This document shows positions 21,027 through 30,075 of a stretch of 64,000 nucleotides of DNA, in pieces. Origin of the DNA: Mayamaea pseudoterrestris (Eukaryota); contig BROI01000009.1 in NCBI GenBank assembly GCA_027923505.1, forward strand, positions 310,001 through 374,000. The letters run 5' to 3'. Each line of letters begins with the position of its first letter. Position 1 is the stretch's first letter. Under the pieces are notes generated by a model. That model had not been told where the DNA came from. It saw only the letters and a program-made list of their open reading frames with translations, and searched no databases. The position numbers and the translations under genes are program-made.

Positions 21027-21683
21027 TCATTTCTCATTTGTCTTTGCCTTGTCTACGGGCAGCATCTCCACCTTGTAGCGATCAAATGTGGCTGCTTGTC
21101 CAGTGCGATTTCCGTCATCATCGTACACATTGAAAAAGAGTATACGCTGCACCAGAAAGCGTTCTCCGTCCTTGTTTTGCCGAATAGATTGGGGAATGAT
21201 CGTCCAACCATGATTCAGTACATGTTGAACAAGTAAATTTCTGTCCTCACTCAGGACTCCTTCAGGAGCTGATTTCCTGCTCGGGGACTGGACAAACTCT
21301 TCCTCAGTGTATCCAAAACATATTAGGCCAGCTTTGTTCGCGTAGTTGTAGATTGGGTCGACCTGTGTGCCATGTGAAACGACGACGTATTGTTCGTTGG
21401 AATGAACGTTTTCAGGACCAGCGACTGACATTTCCTCGTACAAGCTTTTTCCATAGAACTTTTGTAACGAATTGGAGACGCATCTGATCCATTCACTTGG
21501 CTCATCCACCTTTCCTGGTGACGTTGCATGAAGACACGATGATGCCGGTACGCGCGAAAGTTCGGCTACTTGTATCGCGTTTGCAATTGAAAGAGGTCTT
21601 GGCAGCAATCGTAATCGTCTGAGATACCAAGCATCAACAATAGCCACTGCTGTGATCCAGATGCAAATGGCGAATGTCAACAT
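21027..21683 (-). CDS. Stand-alone MEKHLA-domain protein with N-terminal signal peptide
   Basis: VVVSHGTQVDPIYNYANKAGLICFGY...PSRKSA...IRQNKDGERF...GQAATF is the MEKHLA pattern. The leader is MLTFAICIWITAVAIVDA-W. Confidence 0.88.
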   Translation of the reverse strand: MLTFAICIWITAVAIVDAWYLRRLRLLPRPLSIANAIQVAELSRVPASSCLHATSPGKVDEPSEWIRCVSNSLQKFYGKSLYEEMSVAGPENVHSNEQYVVVSHGTQVDPIYNYANKAGLICFGYTEEEFVQSPSRKSAPEGVLSEDRNLLVQHVLNHGWTIIPQSIRQNKDGERFLVQRILFFNVYDDDGNRTGQAATFDRYKVEMLPVDKAKTNEK

Positions 21684-22190
21684 GATTGTGATGGTCGATG
21701 AGACACTCACACCGAGACGTGAAAAGATCCAACAGTGAGATGTTAGTTTGCGTTTCTGAGTGGCGGAACGTGCGTCAGCCATCGAAAATCGGATCGGCTC
21801 ATCACACAGCCGTCACAAACGCCGCCTGCCTGCAAGTACACCGCTTCGGACAGGATAGGAACTTGCTGATCAACTGCACATTGTATGCATGCCAGCCACA
21901 TCATCGTACGAACACTGCAACGGTATCTGAGCTACAGTAATAAACAAGTGGCTATGGAGATTTAAGTTCAGTTGGCAGCTAAACGCAAATGCTTCGTCAC
22001 AGCAGGCTGATTTCGATAACGATACCTATACCTACATGGTGGCTTGACGACTATAGACGTGAAAAGCTGCCCAGTGCATATATGGAAATTTCTATTATGG
22101 TGTGTATGTCGTCTCAAACATCGGAAATGGCATTTCAATCAGGGGACGACCGCAACAGGCATGCACTTTACGTGCCGATTGGTGAGCATC

Positions 22191-23029
22191 TTACTCGATA
22201 CGTCCTTCCTTTACGGTGTCGTCGTCATCATCATCGCCTTCTTGACCGGCTGCAATTGCTTGTAAAGGGTTATCTTCGAGCCACTGCTTGTAACTGTTTG
22301 TCCGACGCATGGTGATAATGATGCGAGATCTTCGAAGCTCGCGACCAGATTGGCTTGTGGTTGATGATCGAAACCTCATCGATACATTTTGTGAAAAAGT
22401 GTCTGGAGAGGATGGATCGGCAGGGTTAATTTGCTGCTGGAGAGGGCCGCCAGTATTAGCCATCGAAGGTGACTCGACCATCGGTTGGATCGCCACTTTT
22501 CGTCGTTTTGGCTCGACGGAAACGTACGACGTTTGAACTCTGACACCATTGCAGCACAAATAGCGAACGTGAGTCAACAATCAGCATGGTTAGTATTCAT
22601 GATGCCCATTGGTTAACCGTACCTTACAATTGTAGCCAACTTGGATCGTTCGAGCAAGTGAGCGGCGTCAACAGCGGAAACAATGGCACCTTCGAGGGCA
22701 GACAAGTCAATTTCCTCATCAGTCACGAGAAATTTTCTTGATAGATTAAAAAAGGCCGCGGGTCCTTTGGATGCGCTCACGGCAATGACTTGTCGAGTCG
22801 ACCGAGAGTCTTCGGGAGTTGAAGGTGTAGTACTTTCCGATAATTGGTCGCGTCGGGAAGATAATATGCTACTGCTTTGGTTTCTTTGAAGTGGTTCGTC
22901 TAAATGATGATTCGGTGAAGCTGCAGATTTGTTAAGGGATGGATTGACTGTGTCATCGTATGTCGGCGCGGTTGTCTGTGATGCCTCATATTGACGGATC
23001 GGTATTTTGGTGTATTCTGCTGTTGACAT
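22191..23029 (-). CDS. Alba-like DNA/RNA-binding protein; 2 exons, intron 22540-22622
   Basis: IAVSASKGPAAFFNLSRKFL...IDLSALEGAIVSAVDAAHLL...R|VQTSY...SRIIITM corresponds to the Alba fold. Confidence 0.8.
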
Positions 23030-23398
23030 GCTACTAGAAAGTGAGGCGATCTCGACACTTGACTTGGTCGCAAAATTGGTGGCAGAAAAGGCAAACTGAA
23101 CAAATGTTTAATATGCACAGCTGTCTTCCGACATACTTGGTGGAGCCGTGATAATTATTTCTGCTCCGAGTTCCGTGTCCGCCAGTCCGATAACTGGTTA
23201 AGGACGCGAAACACCACCTGAGACCGGGCCTAAAACCGGAACGTTTCCCAGGGTGGTGCAGGGTAGGAGAGCTGAAGGACTTCGCCTTTCGACTGAATGT
23301 AGATCGTCGCCTGTACGGTTGAAGAAATCTGGATGAGAAGTGCTTGGAACGAACAATGCTTTGATGGGTAGTTGAACTCGCAAGATCGCGTAAACTGA

Positions 23399-23406
23399 TG
23401 ACGTCA
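23399..23406. promoter_or_regulatory. TGACGTCA (CRE/bZIP) palindrome in the Alba/kinase divergent promoter
   Basis: Exact 8-mer about 190 bp upstream of the kinase ATG. A single 8-mer can occur by chance. Confidence 0.3.
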
Positions 23407-23591
23407 CAAGTATTTGACACGATTCATTTCGCTCCCGTTTAGCTCTATGTAGCCTTAAACATGCATGCATACATAAGGATGATACTCACTGGATTGAAAA
23501 CGCGCCGAAGCGGTGGCTTGTTGCCGAGCATTTCGCATTCCAGTTCGAAGAAGACGACGCGTATGTACAGTTCCATTTCCAAAGTTCCACT

Positions 23592-24906
23592 ATGGACGAG
23601 TTTGCCTTCATACTCAACTCATCCGCGACTTTTGATGACTTAGTGGCCAATGGAGAGGCAAGTCCACCGCTTCCTTTTGATCGAGCAACGATGGGACTTG
23701 CGGAGCGTGTAGATGCCTCCGTTTATAATCCGGTCACTCATGCCGCCCTCGAGGTTACCAATATAATTTACGAACGACACCCCGATGGAAGACCGCCTGA
23801 TAGAGCTTACTGGGTCGGTAGAAAGCTAAAAAAGTGTATTTTTGGTGTCGTCAAAGAGTGCACCGTGCTGAGATTCCGCAATGATATGAATGTTCCTTGG
23901 GAAGTGACTCCTGCCAAGGCAGCCGTCAAGATCATGTCTTGGCAAAAGATTAGCGAGCTCAAGCATATTGAAGACCCTCAACAGGAGGTGGCGGCTATGC
24001 AATTTATAAGCAAAGAGATTCAGCATCCTCATGTGATGGGAGTACTGGATATTTTGTACGATGACGAGTATCTCCTCATGTTCATGCCCTTTTGTTCGTC
24101 GGGCGACCTTTTTGGATTCGTCCAGCAAGCTGGCCGTTTTCCGGAGCAAATGGGCAGGTATTGGTTTAGGCAAATACTTGAGGTAAGTCACAATGGAGCG
24201 TCTTTTCAGCGCGAGTTGCAAACCGCAGCTCATCATCTACTTTTCTACTTCAGGGGTTATCACACTTGCAACGTATGGGAGTATGCCATCGTGACATGTC
24301 GTTAGAAAACAGTGAGTGGGTTGTTGTGATATTTGTTTCGTATTTGTGTAAATTATCCATGCGCAACGTCCTCACCCTTTGATCGCCGCAGTTTTAGTCG
24401 ACGAGTACAAAACTTCGGTCATTATTGACCTCGGAATGTGCTTACGCGTGCCGTACGCTTCGGACGACGGAAGTCCGACACCATCGACCGTCTCGGCTGG
24501 AACATTAAGGCGACTCATTCGGCCCATGATACCATGCGGCAAACCTAACTACATTTCGCCAGAAGTGCTAAAAAGTGAACAGCCATTTGATGGATTCAGT
24601 ATTGACCTCTGGTCCTCTGGTGTCATTTTATTCATTATGCTGGTTGGCTTACCCCCCTGGGAGTTTGCCCGCGAAGAAGATCCTCGGTATCGCATGGTGT
24701 CGCGAGGTGGCTTGGAGCAAATGCTCATTAGCTGGGGCCGCCCTATAAGCCACCAAGCCGCCGATCTTTTGCAAAGAATGCTCCGTGAAGACCCTCGTGA
24801 TCGTCTATCGTTACTAGAAATTAAAGATCACGACTGGGTCAAATACGACGACCCTCCGGTGCAGTCAAACGTGCGATTGGAAGCGAACGAGGGATGGCGC
24901 GGATAG
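23592..24906 (+). CDS. Ser/Thr protein kinase (CAMK-like); 3 exons, introns 24183-24253 and 24312-24391
   Basis: Contains AVK, spliced CHRDMSLEN|ILVD, IIDLGM, CGKPNYISPE and DLWSSGVILF. Confidence 0.93.
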
Positions 24907-24982
24907 GCTTAAAAGGTACTTAATTGCTCGCTGACACGCAGCACTAACATTAAAGATGATATCGAAACAAACTTACGTGCTA

Positions 24983-25555
24983 TTAGCCAAAAAGTCTCCA
25001 GTCTTTGATTTCCAGACTGGAAAGAATTGTTTGAAAAGTCGCGCTATAAGCATGGTCACCATTCTCCTGCTGATTTAGACAGCATGGTGTCGACAGTGTC
25101 AACAAGAGATCAGTAGCGACCGAAGGTAAACGAATGACGCAAATCTCAACTTGGACCCGGCGTTCCTCCTGTTGTCGGGGAATTTCGTTTATATCAACGG
25201 CACGTCCCATTTTGACTCGTTGAAACCCATAGCCGCAACCAATGATAGCCGATTCAGGCAAGCCTCTGACAGTCCCTGTATCTATAGCAAATGTAAATTC
25301 CATATCCTCCTGTTTGCTTTCGTTGATGTTGCATAGATCAATCCAACTGTTCCGGGCTGCTTCCTGAAAGTTTAGCGAAGCATCGTGCTCCAGGCATTCT
25401 AACACAAAGAGCGCGTCGCGGGCACTGTCAAGCCAGCATTCCTGGTTATCTGGAACTTGTCGAATTAAAGCAAGGTCTTGGTATTGTATTGGCAGGCTTA
25501 CTTGAACAGCTCCTCCAAATAGTTGCCGAGGAATGGGTGGATGGGCGGTCGCCAT
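24983..25555 (-). CDS. MOG1: Ran guanine-nucleotide release factor Mog1
   Basis: Contains RQLFGGA, DLALIRQVPDNQE, IRLPSVATDLLLTL and C-terminal SLEIKDWRLFG. Confidence 0.9.
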   Translation of the reverse strand: MATAHPPIPRQLFGGAVQVSLPIQYQDLALIRQVPDNQECWLDSARDALFVLECLEHDASLNFQEAARNSWIDLCNINESKQEDMEFTFAIDTGTVRGLPESAIIGCGYGFQRVKMGRAVDINEIPRQQEERRVQVEICVIRLPSVATDLLLTLSTPCCLNQQENGDHAYSATFQTILSSLEIKDWRLFG

Positions 25556-25673
25556 GGTCGATCAATTCGTTGCATCGCGTGTGAGCAGATCCAATTTCGG
25601 CGCGGGATTCAAAGTGTCTTACCGGTTATCATCGTCACACTTTGGCGTCGTCGACCACCAAATTCTGTCGAAG

Positions 25674-25697
25674 CCATCAACCCATCAACCCATCAAC
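25674..25697. repeat. (CCATCAAC)x3 microsatellite
   Basis: Three exact 8-nt copies lie in the ~200-bp divergent gap between MOG1 and the PPR-methyltransferase gene. Confidence 0.85.
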
Positions 25698-25756
25698 CAA
25701 AAGCTCGCCCGTTGTTCGTTCTAATCCTGCTTTTAGGTTCGTACAACAACAAAGAC

Positions 25757-27943
25757 ATGTCTTTTCAGGGTCTTTTTGAATCTGTCAAGAAGCGGAGGAA
25801 AGAAAAGACGCAACAGCCGCCAGCTAAAGGGCATCAGCATCGTCAGATTGACAGTGAACTCGAGAAGAATCTGCAAGGAGTGAGGCAGCCGCTGTATGCG
25901 CAGAGCAGTACGGTAAAGCATTTGACAGAGGACAAGAAAGACAACGCAGGACTTAAACACAATGGGAAGATACTATCAAGCAACAAGAGGAAGAGGCAAC
26001 CAGTCTCACAAGAAGCTCGTGCTCTCTCGGCGCAACTAAAGGATCTATCGCGGCATAAGCGACTCGATCAAGTGTTGCAGCTCTATTGGAACGCCGAGGA
26101 TCGAGACGCACATCATGCATGCATGGTAATCGATTGCTGCGCGCGCTGTGGGGACGTCTCGGAAGCGGAACGCGTTTTTGACGAAGCTATGCTTCGAAGG
26201 GACACGAGTTTTTCCAACATTGAAATGCACACGGCCTTGCTCAAAGCGTATGCGCACTCTGGACTGATGGTCAAGGCTGATGCGCTGTTTGCCCGCATGT
26301 GCGAGCGACAAAGTCGCATATTTCCCAATGTTAGAACGTTAAATACACTGCTGCGAGGTTGCCTTTGGACGGCGGCGTGCCTCCATGAAAATGTTGTCAT
26401 TGGAGGTGTTGTGACAAGTGAAATGGCTTGGAAATCGTACGTGAGCAAATCTGGCCAAGTTACGCTGGATTGTTCTTCTTATGAATACTCGATATCGCTA
26501 CTATGTCAGGCCCTTCGGGTGCAAGATGCAATGGACCGCATCGAGATGTTCATGAAGCGCTACGAGATCTCTTTCAAGGGCAAGGCTGGCTTCCGTGGAG
26601 GCGATCATACGTCGCTAGAAACACTTGCTGTCGTATATTTGTCGTTGGCCAAAGCGTTTGGACTTTTGGGACGCTGGAATGATACGTGGACGGCATGCCA
26701 AAGGGTACTAAGTGCCACCGACGGCTCCAGGGCTCGACTTGTGGTGGCATCGACGAGCAATGTTGCCGTAAGCGAAGCAAGACTTAAACAAACAACCGGC
26801 GGTAAACGGTCTTGGAACAGCGCGTCCGATGGTTCTTCACAAAGAACAGCTTCAAACTCGTCTTTTCGCGCGCATCGCTTATCAGAGCTGGAGTGGGAAG
26901 CGAGGACAATTCTCAAGCTGCGCACGGATGGTGTAATAAATCGTATTTCACATGAGTCGCTAGCGTCGTGTCTTTTGACGCGCCTTCTTTACTTCTCTGG
27001 AGGCGGTACGACTGATTTAAACTCGACGGCCACGAAGCTTGATGCTGTAAATGACAGGACAACGCAGCAACGAAGCCTTCTCGCTCCTGCTTGGTACAGC
27101 TTTGGCTTATGTACTTTGGTGGACATGCATTCTCGTGGTTTCACGCAAACTGGGATGACCCCGGACCCTCAAGAAATTTACAAGCTTTTTCGACTAGACG
27201 AAGATATGAAAAGAATCATCCGTGACGATGGTCGCGTTGATTTTAACAATCTATTCTCGGACGGAAGTCAGCCAATCGACCTTGAACTTGGTAGTGGTTT
27301 CGGTGAGTGGATTGCGAAACAGGCTCAAACAAATCCATTGAGAAATTACATTGCAGTGGAGCTTCGAGCGGATCGTGTGTCTCATATTTTATGCAAACTG
27401 TCTTTGCTGCTGGGACTTCGCAATGTTTGCGTCGTTGGATCGGATTGCGCAAAGTTTTTTCGGATGCACATGCCGCCCGCGAGAATTTCAAATGTTTATG
27501 TTAATCATCCGGAGCCACCAACGCAGACATTGGGTGACAATGCCAATGATTTGAATGCCATTATGAATGGCGGATCCGAACCTGCTCACATGCTTTGTAG
27601 TTCAACATTGATTGCCGTCGCTGTAGCATTGAAACCAGGTGGGAAGATCGTCATCATATCTGACAATCGCTGGTATTCTCGACTGCTTTGCGCAACAATG
27701 GTGAAAGTGAATCGAAGGAATAAGTGTCGTTTAATGGCCTGCTCGTTACCTGAAGCGAAAGATATCGGATTGCAGTTCGTGGAACACTTCAACGACGGTG
27801 CCACACTATACCAAACTGTGACTACGAGCAACGCAAAGGATGGCAGAATGGGAGAAACCTGGTTTGATCGTCTCTGGCAAACGGGAGCTGGACGACATGC
27901 AGAAAGATTGACGCGATTTGTAGTCATAGTGACGAAAATATAA
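25757..27943 (+). CDS. PPR-repeat protein fused to a TrmB/Trm8-like (guanine-N7) methyltransferase domain
   Basis: PPR motifs include HACMVIDCCARCGDVSEAERVFDE, MHTALLKAYAHSGLMVKADALFARM and PNVRTLNTLLRGC. The C-terminal domain has LELGSGFGEW, AVELRADRV, NHPEP, LKPGGKIVIISDN and TWFDRLW. Confidence 0.87.
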   Translation: MSFQGLFESVKKRRKEKTQQPPAKGHQHRQIDSELEKNLQGVRQPLYAQSSTVKHLTEDKKDNAGLKHNGKILSSNKRKRQPVSQEARALSAQLKDLSRHKRLDQVLQLYWNAEDRDAHHACMVIDCCARCGDVSEAERVFDEAMLRRDTSFSNIEMHTALLKAYAHSGLMVKADALFARMCERQSRIFPNVRTLNTLLRGCLWTAACLHENVVIGGVVTSEMAWKSYVSKSGQVTLDCSSYEYSISLLCQALRVQDAMDRIEMFMKRYEISFKGKAGFRGGDHTSLETLAVVYLSLAKAFGLLGRWNDTWTACQRVLSATDGSRARLVVASTSNVAVSEARLKQTTGGKRSWNSASDGSSQRTASNSSFRAHRLSELEWEARTILKLRTDGVINRISHESLASCLLTRLLYFSGGGTTDLNSTATKLDAVNDRTTQQRSLLAPAWYSFGLCTLVDMHSRGFTQTGMTPDPQEIYKLFRLDEDMKRIIRDDGRVDFNNLFSDGSQPIDLELGSGFGEWIAKQAQTNPLRNYIAVELRADRVSHILCKLSLLLGLRNVCVVGSDCAKFFRMHMPPARISNVYVNHPEPPTQTLGDNANDLNAIMNGGSEPAHMLCSSTLIAVAVALKPGGKIVIISDNRWYSRLLCATMVKVNRRNKCRLMACSLPEAKDIGLQFVEHFNDGATLYQTVTTSNAKDGRMGETWFDRLWQTGAGRHAERLTRFVVIVTKI

Positions 27944-27967
27944 TTCAAGATTTATCGCAACCAAGAT

Positions 27968-29770
27968 CTACGCTCCTCCAAACCAGTTACGGCACCTTGT
28001 CGTGTACAAATCACGTCGTTCGAGCTCTAATGCCGCTCTTTCGCTTTCCAGCAAACCCTCTACATCATCTAATCTACCAAGGCGGTTCTCGAGCTTTTTC
28101 AATCTCAAATTCAAAATTTCGGCCATAATTTTGCTAATCGTTTTTTCGCCACGTTTCGCTTCTTGTAAAGCCTGGTAGGCCACCAACCCAGCCACGCCAT
28201 TTCGTTGCGCACATGCTAAATTACCCATAGACTCAGCACGTAGCGCTGCTTCGACTACAACATTCACAACCTTTGCATCGCTCCTGTCAAGAATGTCCTG
28301 AAGAAACGCTTGCTGCAGCGATAGTTTTGACTTGGCATCATCATCCTCGAATTCAGCGGGCGTATGTTTTAACTCAGTCATTTCACTCTTCAAAGAAGTC
28401 ACCTCTGGCGTAATAGGTCGTTCTGCGAAAGTATCAGCAATGGGCATGGCTAAAAATTGTCGCTCACAATCGGTGGACGTCACCCCATGCCCAACCGCCT
28501 TTGCTACAGCATCCCAGTCGATGACTGGGTCAAATGCCGAAGATGATGCGTCAAGGAGCTTCCGACGCTTGCACGATTCCTCCACTACAATATGAAGCAA
28601 CTCATACTGGAGTGGTTCGCTCCATCGGTACTTGGCCTTGCTTTCCTGCAGCGTAATAGGTGTTGGGGCGGAGTCGTTTAAAGCAAGGTCATTTATAAGC
28701 CCGTACGCCGTCAAAAAGTTATAAAGTCTCGTCAAGCTACCAACATCGCCAGGAATGGACCTACGAATCATGGTCGTCGTGACATAACGGCCGCCGAGCT
28801 TGTTGGACATGTCTATCATCCGGTTGCGGCTGGCAAGGTAGGACTTCTCATTGCGATGAAATGCGCTGCCATCGAACCATTCAAAGAGTATAGATTGTTC
28901 TAGATCCGACACATCTTGTGCCTTAAACCATTCGGGCCACTTACTTTTAGCCTTCATTTCCGTGTCAAGTTGCATCGCATTGTCGTCTGAACTCCCAATA
29001 GTCAATCCTGGTTGTGCATGCTGTCGCCACTGCGAATCAGGTTTGACCATGAGAGGGACTACTTCAGGGAGTGACCTGGATGAAGGAGTACCGGAGCAAG
29101 CAACCGCTGCTGGAACAAGGCTATTTGAAGAACCATATGCTGCTGACAAAGCTGAATCAATCTGTAATGTGAGCGTAGGAGCAGAAACGGCTGGAATCGC
29201 AGCTTGTATTGTAGCATCAACAACCATTTCCTTTCCATCCAGTCCTTCCTTTGAAAGTGCCGCTCCAGAATAATCCTTTTGCTGCGAGACTGCATCATTC
29301 TGCTGTGTCAGTTGGCCTTCCGTAGCCTCGTTCACCCCGTCGCCATCCGTGCCTCCACCTCGAATGCGCTCCGCCTCTCCTAGCTTGCTTTCCTCCATGG
29401 GCCAGTGCCGATTGCATGCATAGCATTGAAGCCTCTCGGGAAGCATCTTATCAACATCTGCTGGGAGAACAACTTGTTGGATTTCTGTAACAATCATGCC
29501 TGCCAAGGTCTTGTCGCGCGAGGGTCGAACGACAGAGTCCAATCCTGGAAGTTGGCAGTTCCGTTCGCTCGCATCCATTGCAGCTTTCATAAGTTCAAGA
29601 GAAACCTTTGGCAGTCTTAATGCTCCTTCGTGCACGACATGTCGTACTTTCTCGCCTTTGACCCCGTACAGGCCGGTGAGAATACTTGTGGGGTTCATTC
29701 CTGCCGTTTCGTCGCGCAACAGTGGATGTTGCTTTTCCTGCTGGCCGGTTTCGCCACCAGACGACTGCAT
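27968..29770 (-). CDS. SWI/SNF subunit SWI3/SMARCC-like
   Basis: SWIRM domain (PEWF...LEQSILFEWF...YLASRNRMI...GDVGSLTRLYNFLTAYGLIN), SANT domain (DWDAVAKAVG...DCERQFLAMPI) and C-terminal coiled coil (LKKLENRL...LESERAALE). Confidence 0.9.
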   Translation of the reverse strand: MQSSGGETGQQEKQHPLLRDETAGMNPTSILTGLYGVKGEKVRHVVHEGALRLPKVSLELMKAAMDASERNCQLPGLDSVVRPSRDKTLAGMIVTEIQQVVLPADVDKMLPERLQCYACNRHWPMEESKLGEAERIRGGGTDGDGVNEATEGQLTQQNDAVSQQKDYSGAALSKEGLDGKEMVVDATIQAAIPAVSAPTLTLQIDSALSAAYGSSNSLVPAAVACSGTPSSRSLPEVVPLMVKPDSQWRQHAQPGLTIGSSDDNAMQLDTEMKAKSKWPEWFKAQDVSDLEQSILFEWFDGSAFHRNEKSYLASRNRMIDMSNKLGGRYVTTTMIRRSIPGDVGSLTRLYNFLTAYGLINDLALNDSAPTPITLQESKAKYRWSEPLQYELLHIVVEESCKRRKLLDASSSAFDPVIDWDAVAKAVGHGVTSTDCERQFLAMPIADTFAERPITPEVTSLKSEMTELKHTPAEFEDDDAKSKLSLQQAFLQDILDRSDAKVVNVVVEAALRAESMGNLACAQRNGVAGLVAYQALQEAKRGEKTISKIMAEILNLRLKKLENRLGRLDDVEGLLESERAALELERRDLYTTRCRNWFGGA

Positions 29771-30075
29771 GATTTACTTGGTACTCGTTCTGTCGCTGGC
29801 TGTACTTGTCTATATGACTGTATAAAAGTACTTGTGATGGACGAACGCGAATTAATGCGAGGGTCGACGACAACCTCAGCGCGGTACACAAAACCCCGCG
29901 CCAGCGCGCCAAGTCATGAGCCAGAAACACTTTCAGCTACGTTGACCGTATACCGGAACATACGATACCCATGCTGCCTATCATACAATCCATTCGCCGG
30001 TTGCTTCGGTAAATGGCCGGCAAGCAGGTTTACTGGGAAACATATGGCTTACTCATTATTTTAAATCGCTTTTGA

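Noticed and set aside
23592..24906. Kinase with degenerate Gly-loop (KKCIFG), HRDMSLEN and DLG as a pseudokinase
   Set aside because: The catalytic Lys, HRD Asp/Asn and Mg-binding Asp are all present. These variants are typical of a stramenopile kinase group.
25523..25756. N-terminal extension of the PPR-MTase ORF overlapping MOG1
   Set aside because: It begins at TTG, overlaps the MOG1 start and crosses a microsatellite. ATG 25757 is the more plausible start.
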